Source: Macrostomum lignano (taxonomy: Eukaryota). From it: 64,000 nt of DNA. The translations under genes and the position numbers were made by a program. Numbering within the stretch: position 1 is the stretch's first letter; each line of letters opens with the position of its first letter. The DNA is taken from contig NIVC01001069.1 in the NCBI GenBank assembly GCA_002269645.1, positions 302,095 to 366,094 on the forward strand, written 5' to 3'. Positions 1-31,200 of the stretch are shown here, piece after piece. The notes under the pieces were generated by a model that saw only the letters and a list, made by a program, of their open reading frames with translations, had not been told where the DNA came from and ran no database searches.

Positions 1-420
1 CCACCCCAACCAATTAAAGCGGACAAGGGGTGGTGGGGCACTCAAACAGCCACGCCAACCAATTTAGGCGGAAAAGGGGCGGTGGGGCACTCAACCAGCC
101 ACGCCAACCAATTTAGGCGGAAAAGGGGCGGTGGGGCACAAACAGCCACCCCAACCAATTTAGGCGGAAAAGGGGCGGTGGGGCACTCAACACAGCCACC
201 CCAACCAATTTAGGCGGAAAAGGGGCGGTGGGGCACTCAACACAGCCACCCCAACCAATTTAGGCGGAAAAGGGGCGGTGGGGCACTCAACACAGCCACC
301 CCAACCAATTTAGGCGGAAAAGGGGCGGTGGGGCACACAAACAGCCACCCCAACCAATTTAGGCGGAAAAGGGGCGGTGGGGCACACGAACAGCCACCCC
401 AACCAGTTAAGGCGGAAAAG
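1..420. repeat. ~50-bp tandem repeat, about 8 copies
   Basis: Unit ccaccccaaccaatttaggcggaaaaggggcggtggggcactcaacacag. Confidence 0.92.
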
Positions 421-1254
421 GGGCCGTGGTGTATTTTTTATGCAATGCAAATCTCAATGAAATTTCTACCATTCTTAACTTAGAAATATCAACAAATAAG
501 GCGGAAACCCAAGCGCATCTACTGATAGTAGCTTGTTTAAAACGACGTAAAAATCCACAGAACGAGATTGTACCCCTAATCGTACGCTCACATGAGCGAG
601 ATGCCAAAATAATTTAATCCGTCCTCGGCCACACGCGACAGTCTGTCGCAATAATCGTGAATTTAAAGGCAGTGCAGAGAGCGGTCAGTTTGACCAGTAG
701 CTCTGCAAAAACCCCTACTTCATCTCTCTTCGTGCAAGCATGCAGTCCCCTGCAGAGTGGCAGCTTGCCCATTACTCAAAAAATATGTCTGACCAACGCT
801 GAGCAACTTAATTAATCGCATAAATGCAATCGAGTTGGCAGTGGGCAGTGTGGTAGCAGGCATGGTCACACTCTGTCTCACCTCACTTTCTGCCTGTCAC
901 ATGGACTAGCCAACCCCCGCCTCGCCGGAGCATTTCTGAATGCGAAGAGACTGAACGGGTGTAGCGGCTTCAGTACTCCTATCCAGCCAGTACTTTCAGA
1001 TGTTAGGCTTCAGTGTTCACCCTTAATGCGGTTACATCCCTCCGGCAGTAGAGCTCTTCCCACACAGTTGTCATATCTTATTCATCATTTTGTCAAATAT
1101 GGCTTTCATTCTAACACCGGCACAGACCATTAATAGAACATAAAAATTAATAGTTATTATCAGTACTAAAATGCATTTCAATTCCTTACGTTTTGCAATT
1201 GAAATCTCCCATCATCTCCGACCATCAGGATAAAATCTCCCACACAAACTTCAA

Positions 1255-3280
1255 CACGATCTCCGACACAATCTCCGACACAATCTTCGACACAATCTCC
1301 TACAAAATCTCTGACACAATCTCCGACACAATCTTCGACACGATCTCCGACACAATCTCCGACACAATCTCCTACAAAATCTCTGACGCAATCTCCGACA
1401 CAATCTTCGACACGATCTCCGACACGATCTCTGACACAATCTCCGACACAATCTCCGACACAATCTCCGACATGATCTCTGACACAATCTCCTACAAAAT
1501 CTCTGACACTATCTCTGACACAATCTCCGACACGATCTCCGACACAATCTCCGACACGATCTCTGACACAATCCCCGACACAATCTCCGACACGATCTCT
1601 GACACAATCTCTGACACAATCCCCGACACAATCTCCGACACAATCTCCGACCATCTCCGGCAAAATCTCCGACACAATATCCGACACAATTTCCGATACG
1701 ATCTCTGACACAATTTCCGATACGATCTCTGACACAATCCCCGACACAATCTCCGACACAATCTCTGACACGATCTCCGACCATCTCCGGCAAAATCTCC
1801 GACACAATCTCCGACCATCTCCGGCAAAATTTCCGACACAATCTCTGACACGATCTCTGACACAATATCCGACACAATTTCCGATACGATCTCTGACACA
1901 ATCTCCGACACGATCTCTGACACAATCCCCGACACAATCTCCGGCACAATCTCCGACACAATCTCTGACACGATCTCTGACACAATCCCCGACAAAATCT
2001 CTGACACGATCTCGGACACAATATCCGACACAATTTCCGATACGATCTCTGACACAATTTCCGATACGATCTCTGACACAATCTCCGACAAGATCTCTGA
2101 CACAATCCCCGACACAATCTCTGACACAATCTCCGACACAATCTCCGACCATCTTCGGCAAAATCTCCGACACAATCTCTGACACGATCTCTGACACAAT
2201 CCCCGACACAATCTCCGACACAATCTCTGACACGATCTCTGACACGATCTCGGACACAATATCCGACACAATTTCCGATACGATCTCTGACACAATCCCC
2301 GACACAATCTCCGACACAATCTCCGACCATCTCCGGCAAAATCTCCGACACAATCTCTGACACGATCTCTGACACAATCCCCGACACAATCTCCGACACA
2401 ATCTCTGACACGATCTCGGACACAATATCCGACACAATCTCCGACACAATCTTTGACACGATCTCTGACACGATCTCGGACACAATCTCCGACACAATCT
2501 CCGACCATCTCCGGCAAAATCTCCGACACAATCTCTGACACGATCTCTGACACAATCCCCGACACAATCTCCGACACAATCTCTGACACGATCTCGGACA
2601 CAATCTCCGACACAATTTCCGATACGATCTCTGACACAATTTCCGATACGATCTCTGACACAATCTCCGACACGATCTTCGACACGATCTTTGACACAAT
2701 CTCTGACACGATCTTTGACACAATCTCTGACACGATCTCTGACACAATCCCCGACACGATCTCTGACACAATCTCTGACACGATCTCTGACACAATCCCC
2801 GACACAATCTCTGACACAATCTCTGACACGATCTCGGACACAATCTCCGACAATTTCCGATACGATCTCTGACACAATTTCCGATACGATCTCTGACACA
2901 ATCTCCGACACGATCTCCGACACGATCTCTGACACAATCTCCGACACAATCTCTGACACAATCTCTGACACGATCTTTGACACAATCTCTGACTCAATCT
3001 CCGACATGATCTCTGACACAATCTCCGACACAATCTCTGACACAATCTCCGACACAATCTCTGACACGATCTCTGACACAATCTCCGACACGATCTCTGA
3101 CACAAGCCCCGACATAATCTCCGACCATCTCCAGCACAATCTCCGACACAAGCCCCGACATAATCTCCGACCATCTCCAGCACAATCTCCGACACAAGCC
3201 CCGACATAATCTCCGACCATCTCCAGCACAATCTCCGACACAAGCCCCGACATAATCTCCGACCATCTCTGGCACAACCA
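1255..3280. repeat. 12-bp minisatellite (acacaatctccg variants), ~2 kb
   Basis: Direct inspection; it generates the spurious SEIV/DCVG/CRRL ORFs. Confidence 0.95.
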
Positions 3281-3683
3281 CTAACCAACTCTGACATTTT
3301 TCCAACCCGCCTCCAACTCTGAAACATTGGCCCTCACAAAGTCAATATTGAACTGAATCGTGTAGCCCTCAATATTCTAACCGAAAGCAATTATCACTGG
3401 GGCCCAAGATGCATTAAAATCCATTAAAATAGTCCCAGCCAATCAGGTTTAAGGCTTCTATCACTAAACGCTGCTCAGCTGCAACCAATGGGAGCAGTCA
3501 ATGGGAGCAGACCCTGCCTAGGCCTAGTATTCTTCAGTTCTTAACTTGTCCCAAATCTCTTTTTCAACAAAAGCCAAACAGCACATGCCCAGCAGCAATC
3601 TTAATAAAATTTGTGAATCAAAATATAACTTAAGACTGAAAAAGCAGGTTTGATTGCAAAAGCAAGGAACAACAGCAAGAAAT

Positions 3684-21822
<18,139 letters not shown>

Positions 21823-23465
21823 ATGTTCAAAGCTTTGCAGTTTTGCCCCAACTGTCGCACTTGAAGTCATCACGGCATCCTTAATAGAATTCCAGCTATC
21901 AGGTCTTCACCAATTTCAAGGGAAATTATCGAAAATTACTTTCGCGACTGAAGTTGACAAGTGAAGCGATTCTTCAAACCTATGATGCATTCACTCAACC
22001 ATATAATAATATTTTACCTCATCAGGCTGACCACAGCATGCAGACTTCGTGGCTGGATGTCGCAGCCCCTTAAACTCTGAGGGCTTTTTTGTACGAACCA
22101 ATACAATAGGAATTGTTTGTTTGAGTTTTCCCGACACAAACTGCTACCAATATATTCAAATATTTTGGCAGTTTTCCCAGATATTTTTTTCCGCAGGTGT
22201 TTATTTCTGACACATAGAAGCATATTTTTATGACAACCAATTTGTTCTAATGCTGCTTGCTTTGGTGTAAAAAATAGTATTTTCAAGACAATGTTTAATC
22301 CGTGCAAATAGGCCCTTGTACACGTCTTGTCCGCGTCGCATCTGATGATTTTGAAGTGACGCGGCAATGAATATAAAAAATCGTAGCCTCCATGTCGTTG
22401 TTGTACCAGCAAATCAGAGTCCGCAAATTTCGTAATGCTTTTTTGCTAGCATTCTGTTGTTTTTATTGCAACTTCTACTTGCAATGTTGGCTCTCTTGTC
22501 CTTTTTGGCTTTGTTTGTTTGAAACAAAAACTTGTTGATAAAATATATTGCTTTCAGATTAATAATAACAATTGACCTGATGTCACGTTATTGGCGTAGA
22601 GGTTATGACCCTTAAAAGGGCCGTTTGACGAGAATTGTCGTAAGTTGTTGTAGTCCCAAAATGAATCGAAGTCAATTCTTGCAAAGCGGATTGTGTAGCG
22701 GAGCACTTGGCGTATAAGGGCAGGAAACTGCCGTAGCTAATTTATTGTCGAGATCAATATTAGACTGGTCAATGTCAATACAAAACTTATAGTGTTCTGG
22801 GCACTGGCGGCTGCAACAATGGTTTTGAAGTGATTAGAATATGAAGTGAGTGGCAGGCGAAGGATACAATGGCGACGCAACGTAGTGAGTGGTGGCGATG
22901 AGCACAGTGGAGGCAGTGAGTAGTAAGTAGACAGGCAGATAAGTAGCGGTGAGATTGGCGTTAGCCGTGGCAGTACACAGTGGAGTACAGAGTGTAAACA
23001 GGCTGGCCCAGACAGAGGAGCCGTGGCGAGAGATAAGGAGGCTCGAGGCAGCCAGGAGAGAGAAGGAAACGAGAGCCAGACGCCCGAAGCCAGAAGCCAG
23101 AAGCCAGAAGTGAGGAGGCCCCCAGCCCGCCGCCAGGCGGGGGTTAATAAAGAGCGCAGAAGGGTTAGCATAAAACACGGAGAGTTTTCATTGGCTGGCG
23201 AGAGAACTTGAAATTATCGATCGTGCTAAAATTTACAGACGAACGCAAGGCCTACCAAATACACAGTGAATTAGCCATTGATACAGATTATTTGCACGCT
23301 ACTACAAGTAAACGTTAAAATAAACTATTGTAGAAATTAAAATGAGAAATTGCAAGGGAAACTACAGTCCAACGGCCCTTTTGCGGGACCACCTTAAACT
23401 AGCAACGTCACACTGAGCTGCACAGAGTGAGGACTTTGAGAGTCTTTTGACTATCCTAGCTGTTG

Positions 23466-23580
23466 CAATGTTGTAGCCTGGTGGTTAGAGCGTCGGACTC
23501 ATGAATGAAAGGTCCGGAGTTCGATTCCCAATCCCACTGGAACAATTTGTGTCCTTGAGTAAGACACTTAACTCTGCGAC
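23466..23580 (+). mobile_element. tRNA-derived SINE head, family B
   Basis: A-box tagcctggtgg and B-box gagttcgattccc, then tgtgtccttgagtaagacactt, a motif commonly following the tRNA head in animal SINE2 elements. There is no acceptor or anticodon stem pairing, so it is not a tRNA gene. Confidence 0.62.
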
Positions 23581-25225
23581 TAGTGTACATGTACAGCCAA
23601 CTCCAGATTCGAAAAGGAGAACTACGCGCTGATAATCCGTAGTTTAGACACAATACAACTCTCTCTTCCCTTCTCACTCTCTAGTGTGATAAAGCAAACT
23701 CATTAAAGGATGTTACCTGTTCTTAAAGTCCAAATAAGACAAGGATATGTCACTTGTTTTGTAAGTTCCACTTGAAAAAGGAAGTCACCTGTTCTTAAAG
23801 GTTTAATTAATTCGACAAAGATGTCCACTGCATGGTTCTAACTGTTGTGTAGTGACTGAAATATTAATTTAGTTAAACAATACATTTATTCGGCATAAAT
23901 TGCAAACAGTCACTGAGTAAAGGCGTATTAGACGCGACGGTAGGGGGTGCCGCTGTACATGCCTCTGTACTGTGGCGGGGGTTGAGGTGTGGGGCCGTGG
24001 GTGTTGCATGGCCCCGTCCGCCGGCTTAAGCCCCTGCACCCGGCCTCTCTTGTCTCCACCACCATTTCACGATTTTTCTGTCTTTCTTAAGAACCAATAA
24101 ATAAAAATTCCGTTGATTGATTCCGTTGGGATCCGATTTGACTTGTTTGGCTTCTTCGGTAGTTTTTAATTAAAGAATATTTTCTTAGCGTAATTTCCTT
24201 ATAGCTCGTTATGTCTGCTGTCAGAAGAGTATTAAATAAAATTCAATATAATTTAAAGTAGGTTTTTTTACTGTACGTAGTACTTTACTTTCTTTTTTTA
24301 ATAACGGTATTTTGTGGCGGTCAAGCGAAATATGTATAATAAATAACTTGGAGCTGTCAACAGCTCACTTACTCTTTCATTTTCAATTGCAACCACAATA
24401 CACAACACTCAAAAAGTAATATAAAGTCAATAAGTAAGATATGAATAATAAAAATTAATTTGCAGAACTCGATAGCAAACTGGATAGTCTAACATCCTTG
24501 TGTCTTTTAATCCAGTTTCCACGTATTTATTGTCGCCAAAACAGTCTTTCAAGCTGTCAAAGCAGCCTGCTTAATAACCCGAATAAAAAAGTGCTAGAAA
24601 AAATAAAAAGAAGATTCTCAGGCGCAAGAAATTGATGAGCAAAGGGAGGAAAAACTTGATTATTTGTTTACGAGTAGAAACTAGAAGTGTGCAGAAATTT
24701 CCCTATCTTTTATCCTAATGATTATTGTTCACAGTAATCAAATCAAATGTATTGCAGGCTACTAAATTACAAGCGTTTTCAAGTATTGATTTACTAATAA
24801 CAGTTAAAACCAGCTGTAGCTATAAAATCAGCTAAAAGTGCAAGCAAAAGGTAGGTAAGCCAAGCCAGAATGCATTGTTAAAATGGTGAATCAATTCGAG
24901 GCCGTATTTTCCTACCCCTCCTTGTACACTCTGGATGTACAATCGACAGGCGGAGGAAGAGGGGAGGAAGAGACGATAGCCAATCAGAAGTGCTAGAGTC
25001 AGTTTAACGCCAAATAAAGTTCTAAATTCTCTACAAAAAAGGAAGTATTCAGTATTTTCAGAAACCGGCTAGCCAACAAAGTCCCGGAGAAATTACAGCT
25101 GTTCCTGTCTCTGTAGTGTATTTTTATGCCTCCCCAGCGAGGGGTGGAGATTGCTAGTCCAATATACTAAAACTCATCTAGCCAATGCATTTTGCAGCGA
25201 TTTTCCAGTGCAGCGCCATTCTGCT

Positions 25226-28200
25226 TCAATTTTCCGTCTTAAGCGAGTGGCGCCGGCTACTCCAAGGAGTCTGCAGTTTGACCCGGGTGAACCGGTGCAG
25301 GAACAGCTCCAGCTGGCGCAATGTCAGCGAATTGTGCAACGTCTCCAGAGGGAAAATCTCCGGTACGCAGGGTGCCGTGTCCAGCCGGGACTGGCCGACA
25401 GCTTCCAGTTCGTCGTCGTCGGCGTCAGCTGCGGTTGGAGTCTCTTCGGACTCTTCCGCGTCCACCGAGGACAGAGTCTGCAAGTTGCAGCCTTCTATTG
25501 ACGTTGCCGACGATTGATCCTGGCGACGTCGATCTGATGACGACGAGGGCAAAGGCGACGACTCAGATTGAATCGACGGAGACAGCTGCGCGTCGGGCGT
25601 GAGCAGGTCGGCGGAGCTGGACCGGACACCGGCTGGGGAGGCGCCGCGGCAGCAGGGGGACCCCTGGTCGCTTGGCTGCTGCAGCTGGGGGTCCGACAGG
25701 CCAGACCGAATCAGGTTAGTGGAGAACAGGTGCAGGGCGAGCGGCTGCGCTGTAAGAGGAATCAGAAATATATTCTTTGACATTTTAACTGATTGAATTC
25801 CATCGCTTCCGGTTCTTCAGGAAGACACACCACTTCCCGAGGACACACCATTTCCCCAGGAAGACACACAGCTTCCCAAGGAAGACACACCACTTCCCCA
25901 GGAAGACACACCATTTCCCCAGGAAGACACACCGCTTCCCCAGGAAGACACACCACTTCCCCAGGAAGACACACCACTTCCCCAGGAAGACACACCGCTT
26001 CCCCAGGAAGACACACCGCTTCCCCAGGAAGACACACCACTTCCCCAGGAAGACACACCGCTTCCCCAGGAAGACACACCACTTCCCCAGGAAGACACAC
26101 CGCTTCCCCAGGAAGACACACCACTTTCTGAGATAGACACAGCACGCGATAAAAAGACACTGCTTCATCAGCACAGAAATCCGACAATATCCCCGCAAGC
26201 GCCCACATGTTCCTCACCCGGCATGAGGCCCTTGAAATTAACGCAGCCGAAAACTCTGCGAAAGTCCTGCGAACCGTGATAAGTGTCGTACGAGCCGGGG
26301 GCAAAAGAGGTCACGTCCAGAAAGTCTGCACCTTCAGACGGCGTCTCCCGACCGCTGCGATGGTCCGGTGCGGAAGCTTCCGACCAGGAATTCTGCCTGG
26401 GCCGGTTGGCCGGGTCTGAATCGCCTGCGGTTTTGGCGCGTTGCACTTCTGTTTAGACTAGCATTGATCTAATGGCAGTCTAGCAGATCTAATGGCAGTC
26501 TAGCAGATCTAATGGCAGTCTAGCAGATCTAATGGCAGTCTAGCAGATCTAATGGCAGTCTAGCAGATCTAATGGCAGTCTAACAGATCTAATGGCAGTC
26601 TAGCAGATCTAATGGCAGTCTAGCAGATCTAATGGCAGTCTAGCAGATCTAATGGCAGTCTAACAGATCTAATGGCAGTCTAGCAGATCTAATGGCAGTC
26701 TAACAGATCTAATGGCAGTCTAACAGATCTAATGGCAGTCTAGCAGATCTAATGGCAGTCTAACAGATCTAATGGCAGTCTAGCAGATCTAATGGCAGTC
26801 TAACAGATCTAATGGCAGTCTAGCAGATCTAATGGCAGTCTAACAGATCTAATGACAGTCTAACAGATCTAATGGCAGTCTAGCAGATCTAATGGCAGTC
26901 TAGCAGATCTAATGGCAGTCTAACAGATCTAATGGCAGTCTAACAGATCTAATGGCAGTCTAACAGATCTAATGACAGTCTAACAGATCTAATGACAGTC
27001 TAGCAGATCTAATGACAGTCTAACAGATCTAATGGCAGTCTAACAGATCTAATGACAGTCTAACAGATCTAATGGCAGTCTAACAGATCTAATGGCAGTC
27101 TAACGCTTAACTCACCAGATGACTTTCCGCCTCCTTTGGCTCCTTGGCCGCGCCTCCTGCCCGACAGTTGCCTGTCCCGGGAGATGTGCCTCAGCGGACT
27201 CGCTTGGTTGCTGCTGCCGCCATTACTGACGGAGTCGCCGCTGACCTGACCGCCACCTTCGTCCGAGACTACAACCAACGTAGACATATTCGACGCCAGC
27301 TTCTGCTCGCCCACAGAAGAAGCGGCTGATGACGAGGAAGCTGGAAGCGACATCTCGAAGCGGCCCACCTGCTGCGGAGCCGCCGCCGAGGTCGCTGATG
27401 ACTTCGAAGGTGTTGTGGCCGCGGATGGAAACTCGGCGAATGTGGTGCTGCGAGGCGTGGAGCACACGCTGTGGTCTGTGTCCGACTCGCTGGGCCCCTG
27501 CCAGTGCAGACCGTCGCTTCAGTTAAGCTGATCACTGTGCACTAGTCACTCTGCACTAGTCACTGTGCACTAGTCACTGTGCACTAGTCACTGTGCACTA
27601 GTCACTGTGCACTAGTCACTCTGCACTAGTCACTGTGCACTAGTCACTGTGCACTAGTCACTGTGCACTAGTCACTCTGCACTAGTCACTCTTCACTAGT
27701 CACTCTGCACTAGTCACTCTGCACTAGTCACTCTGCACTAGTCACTCTGCACTAGTCACTCTGCACTAGTCACTGCACTAGTCTCTCTGCACTAGTCACT
27801 CTGCACTAGTCACTCTGCACTAGTCACTCTGCACTAGTCACTCTGCACTAGTCTCTCTGCACTAGTCACTCTGCACTAGTCTCTCTGCACTAGTCACTCT
27901 GCACTAGTCACTCTGCACTAGTCTCTCTGCACTAGTCACTCTGCACTAGTCACTCTGCACTAGTCACTCTGCACTAGTCTCTCTGTACTAGTCACTCTGC
28001 ACTAGTCACTCTGCACTAGTCACTCTGCACTAGTCACTCTGCACTAGTCACTCTGCACTAGTCACTCTACACTAGTCACTCTACACTAGTCACTCTGCAC
28101 TAGTCACTGTGCACTAGTCACTCTGCACTAGTTACTCTGCACTAGTCACTGTGCACTAGTCACTCTGCACTAGTCACTCTGCACTAGTCACTCTGCACTA

Positions 28201-31200
28201 GTCACTCTGCAGCATTCACTCTGCACTAGACACTGTGCACTAGTCACTCTGCACTAGTCACTCTGCACTAGTCACTCTGCACTAGTCACTGCTCACATTG
28301 CCATAAGTGCCGCTCACCTGCGAGTTACCCGAGTTGCCCAGAGTCCTGCCCTGCTGCTGCTGGTTGCTCCGCCGTTTCCGGTCGCCATCGCCGCAGTTTC
28401 CGTTGCCAGCTTTCGGCCGAAATCCGCCACCAAATTTGCCGCTGCCGCCCAGGTGAGCTGGCGGAGTCGGCGGCGACTCAGGCTGATGCTGCTGGTGCAG
28501 CGGTTCGGGATTAACCGATCCAGGTGAGAAGTGCAACTCCACATGGAATCGATTCTCGGACCCCAGCTCCTGCTGGGGATTCTCATAGATCATGAACACA
28601 ATCTGAGTGAGGTAGTTGAGCTCCGGCACAGCGTCGCAGTACTGCATTGCCCGTGCCCACTGCGGATCTCGTGCAGGATCGATCAAGCCGCCAAAGCGGA
28701 GCACGGTGAGCAGGGAGTGAATGTGTGACTCCGACGTGAAGTACAGCCTGGTGCGGACGAAGCGCTCAGGCGAGGACACATCAAGAGAGTAGCTGGAAAT
28801 TGGAGCAGGAAGCGGGCGGTTCGCTAGCGAATTCAGACGACAGCTGACCAGCTCTGACCACTAGGCCTGCACACGCTCACACGGGGTGTACAGCAAGCCC
28901 TGAATTTCATTTTCAGACTGTGTACACAGGCGAAATGTGATTTTCCTTAAGTAGGTTCAAAAACAGTAAACAAGACATCAAAATATCTCGATGTGTAAAA
29001 ATGGTTGATATTTGCAACGAAGCTACTTTCAATTCAGTAGTATTATTATCATGCCGCATTTTATTTTCAATTTAACTACTCGTCAGCTTGTCAACCCACC
29101 ACTAACCTCGCAAACTACGATTGACTGCCAAACTAATCCCTAAACCCTAACATGCAGCCTAACCCCGATCTAAATCCTTAACCCCAACCTACAACCTAAA
29201 CTGTAACCTACAACCTAAACCCTAACATAAAACCTAAACCCTAAGCTACAACCTAAACTGTAACCTACAACCTAGCACTAACCTACAACCTAAACTGTAA
29301 CCTACAACCTAAAATCTGACCTACAACCTAAACTGTAACCTACAACCTAGCACCTAACCTACAACCTAAACTGTAACCTACAACCTAGCACCTAACCTAC
29401 AACCTAAACTGTAACCTACAACCTAGCACCTAACCTACAACCTAAACTGTAACCTACAACCTAGCACCTAACCTACAACCTAAACTGTAACCTACAACCT
29501 AAAATCTGACCTACAACCTAAACCCTAACCTACAATCTAAACTCTAACCTACAACCTAAAATCTGACCTACAACCTAAACCCTAACCTAAATCCTAAACC
29601 TAACCTACAACCTAAACCCTAACCTACAATCTAAACTCTAAGCTACAACCAAAACCCTAACCTACAACCTAAACCCTAACCTACAACCTAAACTCTAACC
29701 CTAACCCTAACCTGAATCGTTGAAGAAAATTAACTAACAGAGCAAAGCAGGGGAACGGACTGACATAACGTATAAAAGTACAAAACCTTACTATTGATAA
29801 AATATCAACGATTAAAAAGTGCAAATTGCTACCTTATATTGGCAATGTTAATTCAAACTCTCAATAGTCACTGCATTATGTTTCGATATTCTTGGAGCAA
29901 ATCTAGCAGTATAGTTTCTATTTTTTAATTACTAGTTTAGAGAAAACTGCGATGCGTGCATATCGCTAAATTATCTACTTATAGTAGGATGATGTAGGGA
30001 TAAAATCAACATTTCAACATTGCTTCAACTTTGGACTGCTATTATCGTTGGGTAGCAACAACTATAACACGCACAGCAGAAGGTGTTGCACGAGGCTTCA
30101 CAATCAAAGCAACAATGAGGTCAACAAAACAATTTTTGGCTGCATATTTTCTCGCTTGCAGCCTTGCAGTATTTTTTCTTGTTTGCATTAATATCGAAAC
30201 CTGTTAATCAACATCGACACCTGTCAATCAACATCGACACCTGTCAATCAACATCGACACCTGAAACTCAGCATCGACACCTGTCAATCAACATCGAAAC
30301 CTGTCAATCAACATCGAAACCTGTCAATCAACATCGAAACCTGTCAATCAACATCGACACCTGAAACTCAGCATCGACACCTTTTAAGCAACATCGACAC
30401 CTTCCAAGTAGCATCAACACCTTCCAATCAACATCGACACCTTCCAATCAACATCGACACCTTCCAACCAACATCGACACCTTCCAACCAACATCGACAC
30501 CTTCCAATCAACCTCGACACCTTCCAAGTAGCATCGACACCTTCCAATCAACATCGACACCTTCCAAGCAACATCGACACCCGCCAATCAACACGAAAAC
30601 AGAGCTTTTTCTTGCAGGTGAGCGCTCGCTTTGCAAACTGTTTGCATGCGCGAACTCACGGGAGGAAGTGTGACTCATCGGGGGTCAGCAGGTCCTGCGA
30701 CATACTGTAAAGTAGAGAAGGGGCATGATAAGGGAAAGGCTTTAATACTTATTCCACTTTTTTCTGATTTATAAGCAGTATTTTGTATACTTTTAACCTA
30801 CTAACAACTGCTCAATACTAGATTTTACTGTAAGCCAAAAAAACGTAAATTTAAATTAACGGGGAAAATGAGCTCAAAATATTGATAATAGAATAATCAC
30901 AAATACAATATACAACCTTGAACATAGAAAGTAAAAACACAAGCCTGAAATTATCCCATTTGGTCTGACGCTGACATTTAACTTTGAAGGTTAGATATCA
31001 ACGTTTGAGGTCAAAGGTCAACATTTGAGGTCAAATGTCAACATTGAGGTCAGAGATCAACGTTTGAAGTCAGAGGTCAGCATTTGACGCCAGAGGTCAA
31101 AATTTGAGGTCAGAGGTCAACATTTGAGGTCAGAGGTCAACATTTGAGGTCAGAGGTCAACATTTGAGGTCAGAGGTAAACATCTGAGGTCAGAGGTCAA

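Noticed and set aside
1178-3327. Long ORFs (up to 699 aa) of SEIV/DCVG/CRRL repeats
   Set aside because: Stop-free translations of a 12-bp satellite, open in several frames on both strands.
23466-23545. Possible tRNA gene
   Set aside because: A/B boxes are present but acceptor and anticodon stems do not pair; treated as a SINE head.
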